This document shows, one piece after another, positions 37,687 through 48,343 of a stretch of DNA of 64,000 bases (positions are counted from its first letter, which is position 1; the number at the start of each line of letters is the position of its first letter). A program made the position numbers and the translations under genes. Source of the DNA: Candidatus Poribacteria bacterium (lineage in GTDB: Bacteria; Poribacteria; WGA-4E; PCPOR2b); NCBI GenBank assembly GCA_965198175.1, contig OZ240245.1, positions 1,440,001 through 1,504,000 on the forward strand, written 5' to 3'. The notes below the pieces were generated by a model. That model saw only the letters and a list, made by a program, of their open reading frames with translations. It made no database searches and was not told where the DNA came from.

Positions 37687-38766
37687 TTACCGGTGTGCGG
37701 ACAGTTGGATGCTTCCATTCGAGCTGCGTAGCTTGACGGTCGTCTCTCCACCATCGCCAATTTGACCTTCCAGCCGATTGTAGATTTTCTTATTGTCAGG
37801 TGTTGGAAAGTCGGACTTGACACGTCCGTTCCTGGTCTTGGCGCTCAGTTGTCCGGCGAAATGTGCCGGGAGCGTCAGACGAATCGTACCATTTTTGGTC
37901 TCTGCGGTCACCGGGGCGATGCCGTCGGCAATCTTTACGTCAATGGACCCGTTCGTCGTCGAGAACTCTGCTTTGTCCGCAAGCTGCCCAACCGAAGTCT
38001 CGATATTGCCGTTGGTGGTGTGGACGTCAATGGGACCAGTATCACCTTGCACCTTGATTGTGCCGTTGACGGTTTTTGCGGCGATGGCGCCCTCAATTCC
38101 GCTGATTCGGATGGCGCTGTTGACCGTGGCTAGATTTGCATCCATTTGGCGCGGGGTTTGAATTTCATAACTGACCGTTACATTGACGCCTTTGGGCGAA
38201 TTGGGGTGTTCTCTGTAGATTCGAATTTCGTCACCGTTTTGTTCGGCGTGGACTTGAACTAGTTGCGCGAACTCCTCCGCTTCTTCCGCACTCGGGGCGC
38301 TGACTTCTTTCAGGGCGAACACAACGACGTGATTTTCGTCGCCGCCATTGAGTGAAATTGAACCGTTGACGGTCTGCGCGGCGATTTTTGAAACATCGGT
38401 AGTATCAAGCTGCCACTGAATTCTTTCTTCGAATTTTCGTTTGCCGCTGGTTTTTTCAATGATATCAACCGCGTCGGAGACTGACGCTTTCACTTGTTCG
38501 ACAACATCGCCAACAGCCCCGCCTACGACCTTTCCGACATCAGCGGTTCGATGCACGGATTCAACGGCTCTGTTAACGCCCTGCCTAATCTCCTGTCTAA
38601 TCTCCTGAAAAATTTCTGCGACCTCCTTGGATTTTCGATTTTTCGCCCTGTGTTGACTGCCCGATTCGGAACTGTCGCTGATGGCGCGGATGAGCAGCTC
38701 CGCTTCTTCTGCATTGATTGTGCCCTCTTCAAGCATTCTGAGAACTTCGCGTCGTTCATCGCTCAT
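37687..38766 (-). CDS. DUF4097 (toast-rack) beta-repeat protein with N-terminal SHOCT-like domain
   Basis: ERREVLRMLEEGTINAEEAELL; repeated T(V/T)NGxI motifs; GGAGG RBS. Confidence 0.85.
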   Translation of the reverse strand: MSDERREVLRMLEEGTINAEEAELLIRAISDSSESGSQHRAKNRKSKEVAEIFQEIRQEIRQGVNRAVESVHRTADVGKVVGGAVGDVVEQVKASVSDAVDIIEKTSGKRKFEERIQWQLDTTDVSKIAAQTVNGSISLNGGDENHVVVFALKEVSAPSAEEAEEFAQLVQVHAEQNGDEIRIYREHPNSPKGVNVTVSYEIQTPRQMDANLATVNSAIRISGIEGAIAAKTVNGTIKVQGDTGPIDVHTTNGNIETSVGQLADKAEFSTTNGSIDVKIADGIAPVTAETKNGTIRLTLPAHFAGQLSAKTRNGRVKSDFPTPDNKKIYNRLEGQIGDGGETTVKLRSSNGSIQLSAHR

Positions 38767-38935
38767 GATTTTCCTCCGTATAAATGTGAGTGCCACTATT
38801 TGAACGTCTACCGAGTCAAGAATTATTGCTCTTCTTTTCAATTTCCTGGTATAACTCCGGATTCATTAGTTTCGACGTGCCTTCAGTATTGCCGATTCGC
38901 GGGTACGACCCGCATGCGTTGGGGGTTTCGGCAAG

Positions 38936-39259
38936 CTAACGATGAGTTAGTTGTTTGAACTCGTGGGCCATTTCCCGGAGGGTTCGGTTCAAGCTGCGTT
39001 TTTGTTCACGCAGAAGTCCCTTTAGGTTCTTGAAGCTGTCCACTTTGACGGCGTCCAAGTGTTTTTTGGAGGTTTCGGCGAAGGATTTCAATACATGAAT
39101 TACATGAATTGTATATTCACCCCAGTATCCGGCTTTGAAACGATGTGACCGCGCCTGTTGGTCGGTTTCTTTGAGCGCTTGTAGCAGCGAATTCGCCTCC
39201 TCCACTGTGATTTTTCGGTCCGATACCAGTTTGAGAATTGCCATTGTTTCCTTATTCAT
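38936..39259 (-). CDS. Small SHOCT-like domain protein
   Basis: ILKLVSDRKITVEEANSLLQAL; AGGAGG RBS. Confidence 0.7.
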   Translation of the reverse strand: MNKETMAILKLVSDRKITVEEANSLLQALKETDQQARSHRFKAGYWGEYTIHVIHVLKSFAETSKKHLDAVKVDSFKNLKGLLREQKRSLNRTLREMAHEFKQLTHR

Positions 39260-39279
39260 CGGTTTTACCTCCTTTACGG

Positions 39280-39657
39280 TTAATTTAGTTGATGAATCAG
39301 TTCCGCCGCTTCAGCCGCGGAAATCTCGCCTGCATCGAGCCGCTTGAGGATTTCGCGACGTTGTTCAGGAATGTCATCGGTCGGCTCTACACCGAGCTCA
39401 AAGCCGAGTTCGGCGATGACGGCGTTCAAGCGGCTTCGGACGGTGGGATAGGAGATTCCTAGCTCCCGTTCCATCTCTTTGACGTTGCCCCGATTCCTGA
39501 CGAAGATTTCCAAAAACTTGAGACTTTCGCTTGACAGGCGGCAGAAGCGACAGGTTTCATACTGGCTTTCGATTTTGGTATCGCAGGCGTGACAATGTAA
39601 CTCTGTGATTGTCAGTTCCCCACCGCATGTTGGGCATTTTTCCAATATCTTTCGCAA
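39280..39657 (-). CDS. DUF2089-family Zn-ribbon/HTH regulator with SHOCT tail
   Basis: CPTCGG...CHAC, GNVKEMERELGISYPTVRSRL, ILKRLDAGEISAAEA; TTG start after AGGAGG. Confidence 0.88.
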   Translation of the reverse strand: MRKILEKCPTCGGELTITELHCHACDTKIESQYETCRFCRLSSESLKFLEIFVRNRGNVKEMERELGISYPTVRSRLNAVIAELGFELGVEPTDDIPEQRREILKRLDAGEISAAEAAELIHQLN

Positions 39658-39922
39658 TGTCAACCTCCTCTTAAAAGTTGGTGTGGTGTTTGAAACTATA
39701 ATTTGCTTTGAATAAAATATACCATAGTTATAAATGTTTGTCAAGATATAAAACAAGAAATCAGAACAAACTGCCGAACACATTAAAATATGCAACATAA
39801 AAGGTGAAAATATAAAAAAGAGCCATGAATCATTTGGGTGACTCATGGCTCAATGGACGTATCCTCAGAATAATTGGGGGGAGCTCAGGCAACTGTTGTT
39901 TATGTTTCAGATTATGAGCGTC

Positions 39923-40540
39923 CTATTTGGGAGACACATCTTCAAAAAGGAGGTCGCGTTGAATCCATGAAATGATGGATTCCACGTGTTTTCCGCGGCG
40001 CAAGTCTGTGAAGACAAAGGGTCTTTCACCGCGCATACGTTTTGTGTCCGCTTGCATAACCTCTAGGTTAGCCCCGACGTGGGGCGCCAAGTCAATCTTA
40101 TTGATGACGAGCAAGTCGGAGCGGGTGATGCCGGGACCGCCTTTGCGGGGGATTTTGTCACCGCCCGCGACATCAATGACGTAGATGGCGGCATCGACTA
40201 GCTCCGGACTAAAGAATGCAGCGAGGTTGTCGCCGCCGCTCTCCAGGAATAAGATTTCCAGTTTGGGAAAACGGTCAATCATTTGCTCAAGGGCTTCCAG
40301 ATTGGCAGAGATATCCTCGCGAATGGCAGTGTGAGGGCATCCGCCCGTCTCGACGCCGAGGATTCGGTCGGAAGGAAGTGCTCCCGCGCGGAGTAGAATT
40401 TCGGCATCTTCGCGTGTGTAGATGTCGTTGGTGATGGCGGCGAGCTCGTAGTTTCGACGCATGACTTTGCACAACCGTTCGATGAGGGCGGTTTTGCCTG
40501 AACCTACGGGGCCGCCAATTCCAATTTTCAGGGGTTTCAT
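39923..40540 (-). CDS. ureG: Urease accessory GTPase UreG
   Basis: [43 protein letters not shown]. Confidence 0.97.
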   Translation of the reverse strand: MKPLKIGIGGPVGSGKTALIERLCKVMRRNYELAAITNDIYTREDAEILLRAGALPSDRILGVETGGCPHTAIREDISANLEALEQMIDRFPKLEILFLESGGDNLAAFFSPELVDAAIYVIDVAGGDKIPRKGGPGITRSDLLVINKIDLAPHVGANLEVMQADTKRMRGERPFVFTDLRRGKHVESIISWIQRDLLFEDVSPK

Positions 40541-40634
40541 GGGTAACAATCCTTTCTCGACAACGCAGATTTACAAGTCTTAAGAAGCATGCAAGGCTCA
40601 TATAAGTGCTGTCATCTAATCGCATCTTCGTGGA

Positions 40635-41357
40635 TTACGAAATAAAGAGTCTGGAATAGAGCTGTTCATGCTGCATGCTCCGAATATCCAGCCCCGGCGT
40701 AAAAGACCCGAGATCCTCGATTTTGGCGTCCTGTGCGTATTCAGCGATTTCCAGGAGATCAGGCTGAAGCGCCCGAATCGTCAATTGCCCTTCGGTTGCG
40801 CCAAGCGGGATAAGCCGCACGGCTGCAGAGACTTGACCGACGACGTAGGCATGCAGATAACCGAGCAGTGCGATATGTAGTTCAATTGAAGTTGCTGCAG
40901 TAATCAATCCGAAAGCTATGGAATGGTGACCGGCGCAGATCTTCGACCGTATCCGATTTTCGTAAGCATCTACTGATGCATTTGTGACGTGCTGCCGTGC
41001 GTTTCGGAGAAATTGCTTGCCGACCTGTACACTGCCATTTCGGGATTCCCGCGGTAGCTTCAACGCTGTGAGACGGGCGTCTAGGCCAGTAATGCTATTT
41101 ATACTGGCGACAGGGGCATTTTCGTAATTGAGAGCGGATTTGTACGACACGGCTAGTGCGATCGCATCAGTATGTCGTATCCCGGCGTGCAGGGATGTCT
41201 TCAGAAGTTCCTCAAAGGATGGCTGATCTGTAACCAACCCACGCTGAACGTATGTTTCCAAGCCAAAGGAGTGGGCGAACGCGCCGGTCGGGAAGAAGCT
41301 GTCGACCAATTGAAGCAGTGTGAGCAGAGCACTATTGTTCGGATCGTTGGGTTTCAT
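40635..41357 (-). CDS. ureF: Urease accessory protein UreF
   Basis: DSFFPTGAFAHSFGLE, SAAVRLIPLG and HEQLYSRLFIS. Confidence 0.95.
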   Translation of the reverse strand: MKPNDPNNSALLTLLQLVDSFFPTGAFAHSFGLETYVQRGLVTDQPSFEELLKTSLHAGIRHTDAIALAVSYKSALNYENAPVASINSITGLDARLTALKLPRESRNGSVQVGKQFLRNARQHVTNASVDAYENRIRSKICAGHHSIAFGLITAATSIELHIALLGYLHAYVVGQVSAAVRLIPLGATEGQLTIRALQPDLLEIAEYAQDAKIEDLGSFTPGLDIRSMQHEQLYSRLFIS

Positions 41358-41396
41358 TCGGTGTCGTCTTTGCGGGTAACTTCTCTGACGATATTC

Positions 41397-41855
41397 TTAA
41401 TGGGTGTGCCAACGCGCAGCGGCGCGGGTGAAAACGAGCTCTTCAATGGTATAATCGAATCCGAGCCGAGCTAACTGTTTTTCGAGAACCGGTTCATAAG
41501 GAACAAGAATCGCGCCCTCGTGAAAACCGATGGGGCGATGGAGGTTGCCAATCTGATAACACACGAGACCGAACACCTCGCGCATCTCAGGGCGCAGAAC
41601 GAACACCACTTCCGGCGCTCCTTGTACGACGATTTCAAATTGCTCATTCCGATAGAGGACATCGCCCGGTTGTAAGATTGTTCCGGTGGGTAGCGCCAAG
41701 CCAATATCCCACCCACTCGCAGTCGTCAGCCGCTGCCGGCATTTCTGACGACCTTCCCAGGTCAGCGACACAGTGTCCGACGCCAACACGTCATTTTCGG
41801 GCTGTTGCGTGATGATATTCTCCACGATAATCATCAGATGTTCTCCGTTGCTCAC
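41397..41855 (-). CDS. ureE: Urease accessory nickel chaperone UreE
   Basis: RQRLTT..G..IGLAL, CYQIGNLHRP and a short C-terminal HTH tripeptide; upstream of ureF. Confidence 0.88.
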   Translation of the reverse strand: MSNGEHLMIIVENIITQQPENDVLASDTVSLTWEGRQKCRQRLTTASGWDIGLALPTGTILQPGDVLYRNEQFEIVVQGAPEVVFVLRPEMREVFGLVCYQIGNLHRPIGFHEGAILVPYEPVLEKQLARLGFDYTIEELVFTRAAARWHTH

Positions 41856-42075
41856 TGCAGTTCAAGGTTCCAAAGCGGGAAGCACAGCTTATCCTTCGAG
41901 TTGTTCTAGACAAACTCGGTTACTTACCGGAGTCAGCGTAATCCGAATCCGCTTTCCCTTTACATCACCACATGGATATCGTATACTTTAACAGATTATG
42001 TCGACTTGTGCAACTCCGAATCCATGCCCGAAGGCCTTCGTATTGCCCATGAATCCGTTCTTACCGGAGAAAAAC

Positions 42076-42465
42076 ATGAAAACTAAAGCAGTCTTCAAAA
42101 CCGCACATCCCTATTTAGATGACGCGATGAACCTGCCCGTCGAGAATGTAGAGGAAGCAATACCTTTCTACGAAACGATCATGGGATTCCAAGTCGCATC
42201 CAGAGGGAATTCACCTCATAAGTCAGTTGTTTTGTCTAGAGACGACATTCAGATTGGATTAGCCGAGAACGGCGGCGATCCATCGCAAGAAGGGTGCTTC
42301 TTTGAAGTCAATGGCGTGGAAGCGGCTTTTAATCAAATGAAAGCCAACGGATTCGACAAGGAGGACCCGGGCTATCGAATTGACATGTACGGAGACACGT
42401 CGTTCAAGGTGTTCTTCGTAATTGCTCCGGACGGGCTCTGCTACTGTCTCGGTCAACGGTTGTGA
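42076..42465 (+). CDS. VOC/glyoxalase family protein
   Basis: LPVENVEEAIPFYETIMGF...FFVIAPDG. Confidence 0.8.
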   Translation: MKTKAVFKTAHPYLDDAMNLPVENVEEAIPFYETIMGFQVASRGNSPHKSVVLSRDDIQIGLAENGGDPSQEGCFFEVNGVEAAFNQMKANGFDKEDPGYRIDMYGDTSFKVFFVIAPDGLCYCLGQRL

Positions 42466-42584
42466 AACCACAAGGCAACCATGCCCAATAAGGACCGCTG
42501 AAGTTAAAATGGTTTTACGTTGTCCGCACCTCTCGATTTTATCTCCATCGGGAATCACCCTCGGGAAGTCGCGTGTCCGGCAAC

Positions 42585-42616
42585 GATTGACAAAAGACCG
42601 GTCAATCTGATATAAT
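42585..42616 (+). promoter_or_regulatory. Promoter with overlapping palindromic operator
   Basis: TTGACA (42587), 18-bp spacer, TATAAT (42611); inverted repeat GATTGAC-N9-GTCAATC. Confidence 0.7.
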
Positions 42617-42670
42617 CTGCCAATATCAAGGAATTTTTAAATTTCTTCATCTGAGGGTAAGGGGTATGTC

Positions 42671-43687
42671 ATGGGAAAGATTCTTCCCACTGAACTTGTG
42701 GGCAGTTACGCGCTACCGAGTTGGTTGCACATTGCGATTGAGCGCATAGAGCATCAGGCTGATCTTGGAGAAACCGATATTCGCGAAACGCTGGACGACG
42801 CGGTGAGTATCGCGGTGTTGGATCAAGATCGCGCCGGTTTGGACGTAATTACAGACGGGGAGATGTGCCGCAGGGACTTTATTCAGAACTTTTACGGCCT
42901 TATGACGGGGTTGAAGGTGATAGCGCCTGCACGCCGCTTTGGAGCTGCGGGCTACGATCAGAATCCACGATATGAGGTGGTTGGCGAGGTTTCGGCTCCT
43001 GACGGGCTGGGTATTGTCCCGGAGGTTGAGTATCTCAAGCGCATGACCTCCAAGCCGATTAAAGTTTGTGTTCCGGGACCGATGACACTCGCCTTGCCGT
43101 TGATTGTCAAGGGGGGACATTCGTCCAAGGAAGGCCTGATTGAAGACATGGTCGCTATCGTCAATGCGGAAATGAAGGGATTGGTCGCAGCCGGCGCGGA
43201 TTATTTGCAAATTGACGAGCCGCGCTACGCAACTTCTCAAAGGGATGCGCAGCGATTGGTGGAGCTTTTCAATGCGACCCGCGAGGGTGTCTCGGCACGA
43301 ATTGGTCTGCACCTCTGCTTTGGGAATTTCAAGGGCAGATCACGGGATCGGCGGGACTACGCTGCTATGTTTCCCGCACTGCTGGGTGCACACTGCGATC
43401 AGTTTAATCTTGAGTTCGCCAACCGGGAATTCGCACAAATCGAGTTGCTGTCCCACTTCCACGCTGACCAACAGATTGGCATAGGCGTCATCGACATCAA
43501 GTCATACTTCGTGGAGACTCCGCAGGAGGTGGCTGCGTCGATTCGTTTGGCATTAGAACACACTGCCCCGGAGAATCTTGTCATCATCCCGGACTGCGGC
43601 TTCAACCACTGTCCCCGCCATGTTGCGTTTCGTAAAATCGAAGCGATGGTGGAAGGGGCAGCCTTGGTGCGGCAGGAACTGGGTTGA
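42671..43687 (+). CDS. Cobalamin-independent methionine synthase, single-barrel (MetE C-terminal-like) family
   Basis: VGSYALP, DVITDGE, QIDEP, HLC (Zn ligands) and PDCG. Confidence 0.88.
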   Translation: MGKILPTELVGSYALPSWLHIAIERIEHQADLGETDIRETLDDAVSIAVLDQDRAGLDVITDGEMCRRDFIQNFYGLMTGLKVIAPARRFGAAGYDQNPRYEVVGEVSAPDGLGIVPEVEYLKRMTSKPIKVCVPGPMTLALPLIVKGGHSSKEGLIEDMVAIVNAEMKGLVAAGADYLQIDEPRYATSQRDAQRLVELFNATREGVSARIGLHLCFGNFKGRSRDRRDYAAMFPALLGAHCDQFNLEFANREFAQIELLSHFHADQQIGIGVIDIKSYFVETPQEVAASIRLALEHTAPENLVIIPDCGFNHCPRHVAFRKIEAMVEGAALVRQELG

Positions 43688-43819
43688 GCGCCCTATAGTA
43701 GAGGACAACCCATTCGTAGAATTCTCGAATACCGTAAGGAGTTCCTTTCCGCTCTCCAGTCTCCAGCTATACTTCCAACCCTTAAACGCTGTATTCTTAT
43801 ATCTCCGAAAGGGGAACAT

Positions 43820-45769
43820 ATGCTGAACCCGTTTCGCTTTAGGCACTTGTTCGTTGCGGTTCTGTTGGTTTCATGCACAAACGCAGCTTACAGTGAGAAG
43901 TATGCGTCAATTTACCTGAAGAGCGGCGATCGCATCACAGGACGCTGGCTCGGCTCGGATAGCCAAGCCGCTCGGATAAATTTTCACAATCAGGAATTAT
44001 CCATTCCACTCGACGATGTGAACGCTATCCGGTTTGGGGATAATCTCAGTCTCATCCCTGATGCTGATGCCGAAAAGCACTTCCGGAATGGCGAAGCTCT
44101 GTTGGAGTTGGGGCTGCGGGAAGAGGCGAAGCAGAAGTTTCGGGCGGCGATTGAGGCGTTTCCGAAATTTGCCGATGCGCACTTCAAGCTCGGTACGCTT
44201 CTGCAAGAGGAGGGAAATATTGATGAAGCCGTGACATTTTTCGGTTATGTCGCAAAGATTAATCCTGAAGCCTACAACTTGGCGATGCAGTTGAAGGGTG
44301 TGGGCGATACTTACCTCACGGCTGAAGAATACCGTAAAGCAAGCCAAACCTATCTGTTGCTTTTCAACTATTACCCGACCCACCTCGATGCTGAATATGT
44401 AGGTTATACGGCAGGATTTCTATTGGCGGAGCAGCTAGAAGCCAATGAAGAAGCCTTGCAGGTGCTTCAGAGAGCAAAGAGACGTTTTCCGACGAGCCTT
44501 TACTTGGAGAAGACCGACTACGTGATTGGATTGCTGCACTCTAAGATGGGACAATTCGAAACGGCGGTCACCATACTGTCCGAGTTTATAATCAATTATA
44601 GGGAGAGTGAATTGCTTGATGACGCCTATCTCGCGCGCGGGGAGGCACACTTACTATCGAAGCGAAACCTTGAAGCGATAGCCGACTTCGACCATGCGAT
44701 TGAAATCACGCAAGATGGGAAACTAAGGAGCGAAGCCCGAAAGCGGCGTGATGCGTGCGTATGGACGGTTTACAGAGTTTCGGATGGTTTGCCCAGCAAC
44801 CAGATCGAGGCAATTGTCATTGACGGAGATACATTGTGGATAGGTACGCCGAAGGGGTTGGCTCAAGTTGATGTTAGCATCAGCGCGGAATCGTGGCGGT
44901 TGATTGCAGATGGAGTCGATTTAATCAACACCATGTTCGATGGTGCTATCAACGTCCGGACGCTCGCAGTTGATGATGCGGAACTGTGGATTGGGACATT
45001 GAATCACGGTGTGATTCGGTATGACACGTTCACGAGAATTCCTGAAAACTACGACACAAGCGGGGGGTTTCCCCATAATCAGGTGAACGACATTAAAATT
45101 CTCGGGGACGAAGTATGGATTGCTACTTTCTCAGGTGTAGTGCGATTCAATCGATCTAAAGATGAATGGGCGGTGTTCGACAAACGGAATGACGGGTTAC
45201 CGGCTGATGACATCACTGCTCTTGCTGTCACGTCGAAAGCTGTTTGGATTGGGACCTCTGGGCACGGAATTGCACTCTACGACCGGGGACTTGGTTCCTG
45301 GCGGGATTTTGGGGTAAGTGATGGACTGAATCTCAGCGCGGGCAGTTCAATTACCTGCTTTGATGTGTGGCGAGACCGACCTTTCGTCACGTGGTATAAT
45401 GAGCAGAGTAATGGCTACGCAGAGATAGATCAGCAAGGATTCAATAGTCCTGTGCAGCCAGTTGATGCTGTAGGAGATTTGGTGTCGCTTCGAGATATCT
45501 ACATCGCCGTGGGCGAAATCTCGGGCGAGAATGCCGGGAAAACAGAGAAACCGCCCCCCCTGTGGTTGGCGAAGAACGATGTTGTGTACCTCCACAATGC
45601 GGGAAATTGGGAGCCGTTTGAGTTTCCTGCGGTTCAGCTTGGAAACCCGATTGTGAATTGCATTACGCTTGGTGGCGGCGTTGTTTGGGTTGGAACCTCC
45701 AATGGACTCGCCAAACTAGACAGAAACACCTTCGTCAGCGATGAGCAAATCCAGAACGAAGAAGAGTAG
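43820..45769 (+). CDS. Secreted TPR plus beta-propeller protein
   Basis: TPR helices (ADAHFKLG, DDAYLARG) followed by DGLPSN...LWIGT propeller repeats. Confidence 0.8.
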   Translation: MLNPFRFRHLFVAVLLVSCTNAAYSEKYASIYLKSGDRITGRWLGSDSQAARINFHNQELSIPLDDVNAIRFGDNLSLIPDADAEKHFRNGEALLELGLREEAKQKFRAAIEAFPKFADAHFKLGTLLQEEGNIDEAVTFFGYVAKINPEAYNLAMQLKGVGDTYLTAEEYRKASQTYLLLFNYYPTHLDAEYVGYTAGFLLAEQLEANEEALQVLQRAKRRFPTSLYLEKTDYVIGLLHSKMGQFETAVTILSEFIINYRESELLDDAYLARGEAHLLSKRNLEAIADFDHAIEITQDGKLRSEARKRRDACVWTVYRVSDGLPSNQIEAIVIDGDTLWIGTPKGLAQVDVSISAESWRLIADGVDLINTMFDGAINVRTLAVDDAELWIGTLNHGVIRYDTFTRIPENYDTSGGFPHNQVNDIKILGDEVWIATFSGVVRFNRSKDEWAVFDKRNDGLPADDITALAVTSKAVWIGTSGHGIALYDRGLGSWRDFGVSDGLNLSAGSSITCFDVWRDRPFVTWYNEQSNGYAEIDQQGFNSPVQPVDAVGDLVSLRDIYIAVGEISGENAGKTEKPPPLWLAKNDVVYLHNAGNWEPFEFPAVQLGNPIVNCITLGGGVVWVGTSNGLAKLDRNTFVSDEQIQNEEE

Positions 45770-45858
45770 ACGCACAAGTGAACGCACTTTGCCATCGTAC
45801 TCCTCGACTTTCATAGTCGGGATGGGTGGTTCATCGCAATGACTCGAGAGGTCAAAAA

Positions 45859-46452
45859 ATGTATCGCAGACAGTTTGGAATCTGCTTTGTCTTAGTGATG
45901 TGTTTCGGCTTAGCCGGTTGCGTTTGGCTATCAGCGTTATCAACCCAGTGGAGCGAGAATTTCGCGCTCGAAACTTATGGTACCGAAGCCAACCATCCCT
46001 TTATCAATGATGGGAAACTCGATACGGTTGCGATGGTGGGCGGCGGGAATATGCCCCGCGTCTTTACGCTCAAATTTCCCGATGTTCAGAAGGTTCGGAG
46101 GATTATTATCCACAACGATAATCTGTTCTGGTTTCATGTGGATTACTTTGATACTGAGACTTCGGAATGGGAAACTTGCTACTCTATGCGGCAACGGCGG
46201 AATATTGGGAACCAGCGCACGCAACCCCAGTATCTCGTGGATCGGTTAAACGTCGAGACAAATATGATTCGGATTGATGTATCGCGTACTGTTGACGATG
46301 ATGTTGTTCCGAAGCCGATAGCGGAACCGGGTGACAAGGTTGTGAATAGGAAGCTGACGGTTGGTCGGCTTTATATGCCGCATTACCGCGTTATTGCGCA
46401 AGCGCCTGCGAGAATTCGAGAAATCGAAGTGTATCAGCTTGCGGAGCGATGA
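45859..46452 (+). CDS. Putative lipoprotein with discoidin-like beta-sandwich
   Basis: Lipobox LAGC; INDGKLDT, FTLKF..VQKVRRIII and IREIEVY. Confidence 0.55.
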   Translation: MYRRQFGICFVLVMCFGLAGCVWLSALSTQWSENFALETYGTEANHPFINDGKLDTVAMVGGGNMPRVFTLKFPDVQKVRRIIIHNDNLFWFHVDYFDTETSEWETCYSMRQRRNIGNQRTQPQYLVDRLNVETNMIRIDVSRTVDDDVVPKPIAEPGDKVVNRKLTVGRLYMPHYRVIAQAPARIREIEVYQLAER

Positions 46453-46498
46453 CCGTGATTGGCAAATCCACGCATGAATGCGAAACTGATGCGGATGA

Positions 46499-48343
46499 CT
46501 ACCAGATAACCTGTTTCGTCTCGGGAACAAAACGTGTTTTCTTGACTAGTTTTCCAGTTGGTGTATTTTCATAGAGTGGGTATGCGACGCCCTTCGGATC
46601 GATTGAGACGACATCCGAACCACGTATAACCAGTTTATAGGGAATTTCACCAAGAACCCGATGGACAACGCGTTCCGGTACCGGGAACTTAAGGGTAACT
46701 TGGTCGCCGCGGTTCAGCCAGCCGACTTGTACATAGCGCCCATCAATGAGCGTTCGACGGTCTCGATCACCAACGCTGACGTGAACATCATTTGGATCGC
46801 ACCATTCCGGTATCCGCACGGCTACTGTCGGCGCATCCTTAATGTGCAGCACCACCTTCCCCTCTACTGGTAGGTAGCTATCCACATCGAGCCACTGGGA
46901 AGCGCGATTCAGCAAGAGATTGACTTTCACGAGTCCGTCCGTTTGGGTCACCATCTTGTCCCAAACGCAGTAAAGTGTGCGTGCGCCGTTGGCGGTGCAG
47001 CAGTGCATAATGCTTGATTCTTGCAACTTCGGACCCTCGGGCGTCTGGTTGGTTGTCATCGCTTCATTTGCGCGCATCCAACCAAAAAAGGATCCGACAG
47101 AACGCTCGCGAATGTCATGATCGTCCCGGTATTGGTGATTATCGGGCTCCGAGTTGTAATAACTCTCTGGGATGCGATCGAACAGGCTCACATCGCAGAG
47201 TTGCCCGTTAGCATACACATTGCGAACCCACCGGTCTACATCGTCCCAATAATCGCCTAAACCCGCCTCGGTTAGGTAAAGCGCCAGCCAGACCATATCC
47301 GCTACTTCGCAAATTTCTACTGAGTTTCCGTGTCGATCTAAATGCCAATCTGAACCCGGTTGAGCTTCGGGGTAGAAACCAATCAGCGGATCTCCCATCT
47401 CGCGTGCAAAGCGATAACACGCATCCACACGTTCTAGAACCTCCCGATCGCCGGTGGCGTAACCGTATTCACATACTGCCATCAATGCGTATAGCCCATG
47501 ATGAAAGTGCCAGAACGTGTACTCACCATCTTCGCTGTTAAAGACGCGAGCCAACGCCCAGCGAGCCAATCCCCGGCATAATTCCAGCGCAGGCTCATAT
47601 CCCGTTACCCGATAGAAAAGCCCGGCGCCATGACCTGTCGAACCAATGCAATAAATTATGGTGAACAGATTATCCTTGCTATATAAGCCACCGCCTTCGC
47701 CGTCCATTAAGCCTGGTTCATTTGCACCGATTGGTGGGGTTTCGCCCGGTTCGTATTGCGCTCTCCACAGGAATCGAAAATCACCCTTTTCGCGGGTGAG
47801 CGACAGGATGCGATCGACTTTGCGTTTGCCAATCTCAATCCATCGTGGGTCGTCGTCAATCTGCGCGAGTGTCGACAGCGCTATGAGTTGCCTGCCTTCA
47901 CCCCAGATTTCAGCGAACGGAGTCATTTCTCCACTTTCACCTTCTGCAAAACTGGAGATGCCCATGGAAACTTTGTCGAAAATATCAGTTGGGCAATACG
48001 TCAGCCCATCCTCACCGACAAAACTCAACTGCGCCGCAAGTACCCCTTGATCGACCTCAAGGTTGTGATTGTTCCCAGATGCTAGTCGGCACAACGCCAA
48101 CGCCTCGACGAATTTTGGCGGTATATTCAGGTAGACATCAATCAGATGATTGACGAATAGAACCGCTGGATTTCGGGAGAAATCCACGATAAACTTCAAC
48201 CCCCACTTTGCTTGGGGATCCCAAACGTTCGTTAGTGCGGTAATGGCTAAGCCCATTCTGTCGGCTAAATCGAGTGTGTCCGGCACCTCAGCTTCGTAAC
48301 GTTCACCGAGCGTACATGCCGCCATTGGATTATGATTAAGCAT
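46499..48343 (-). CDS. GH127/GH146-like (beta-L-arabinofuranosidase-like) protein
   Basis: VEICEVADM, HCCTANG and VRIPEW motifs. Confidence 0.65.
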   Translation of the reverse strand: MLNHNPMAACTLGERYEAEVPDTLDLADRMGLAITALTNVWDPQAKWGLKFIVDFSRNPAVLFVNHLIDVYLNIPPKFVEALALCRLASGNNHNLEVDQGVLAAQLSFVGEDGLTYCPTDIFDKVSMGISSFAEGESGEMTPFAEIWGEGRQLIALSTLAQIDDDPRWIEIGKRKVDRILSLTREKGDFRFLWRAQYEPGETPPIGANEPGLMDGEGGGLYSKDNLFTIIYCIGSTGHGAGLFYRVTGYEPALELCRGLARWALARVFNSEDGEYTFWHFHHGLYALMAVCEYGYATGDREVLERVDACYRFAREMGDPLIGFYPEAQPGSDWHLDRHGNSVEICEVADMVWLALYLTEAGLGDYWDDVDRWVRNVYANGQLCDVSLFDRIPESYYNSEPDNHQYRDDHDIRERSVGSFFGWMRANEAMTTNQTPEGPKLQESSIMHCCTANGARTLYCVWDKMVTQTDGLVKVNLLLNRASQWLDVDSYLPVEGKVVLHIKDAPTVAVRIPEWCDPNDVHVSVGDRDRRTLIDGRYVQVGWLNRGDQVTLKFPVPERVVHRVLGEIPYKLVIRGSDVVSIDPKGVAYPLYENTPTGKLVKKTRFVPETKQVIW

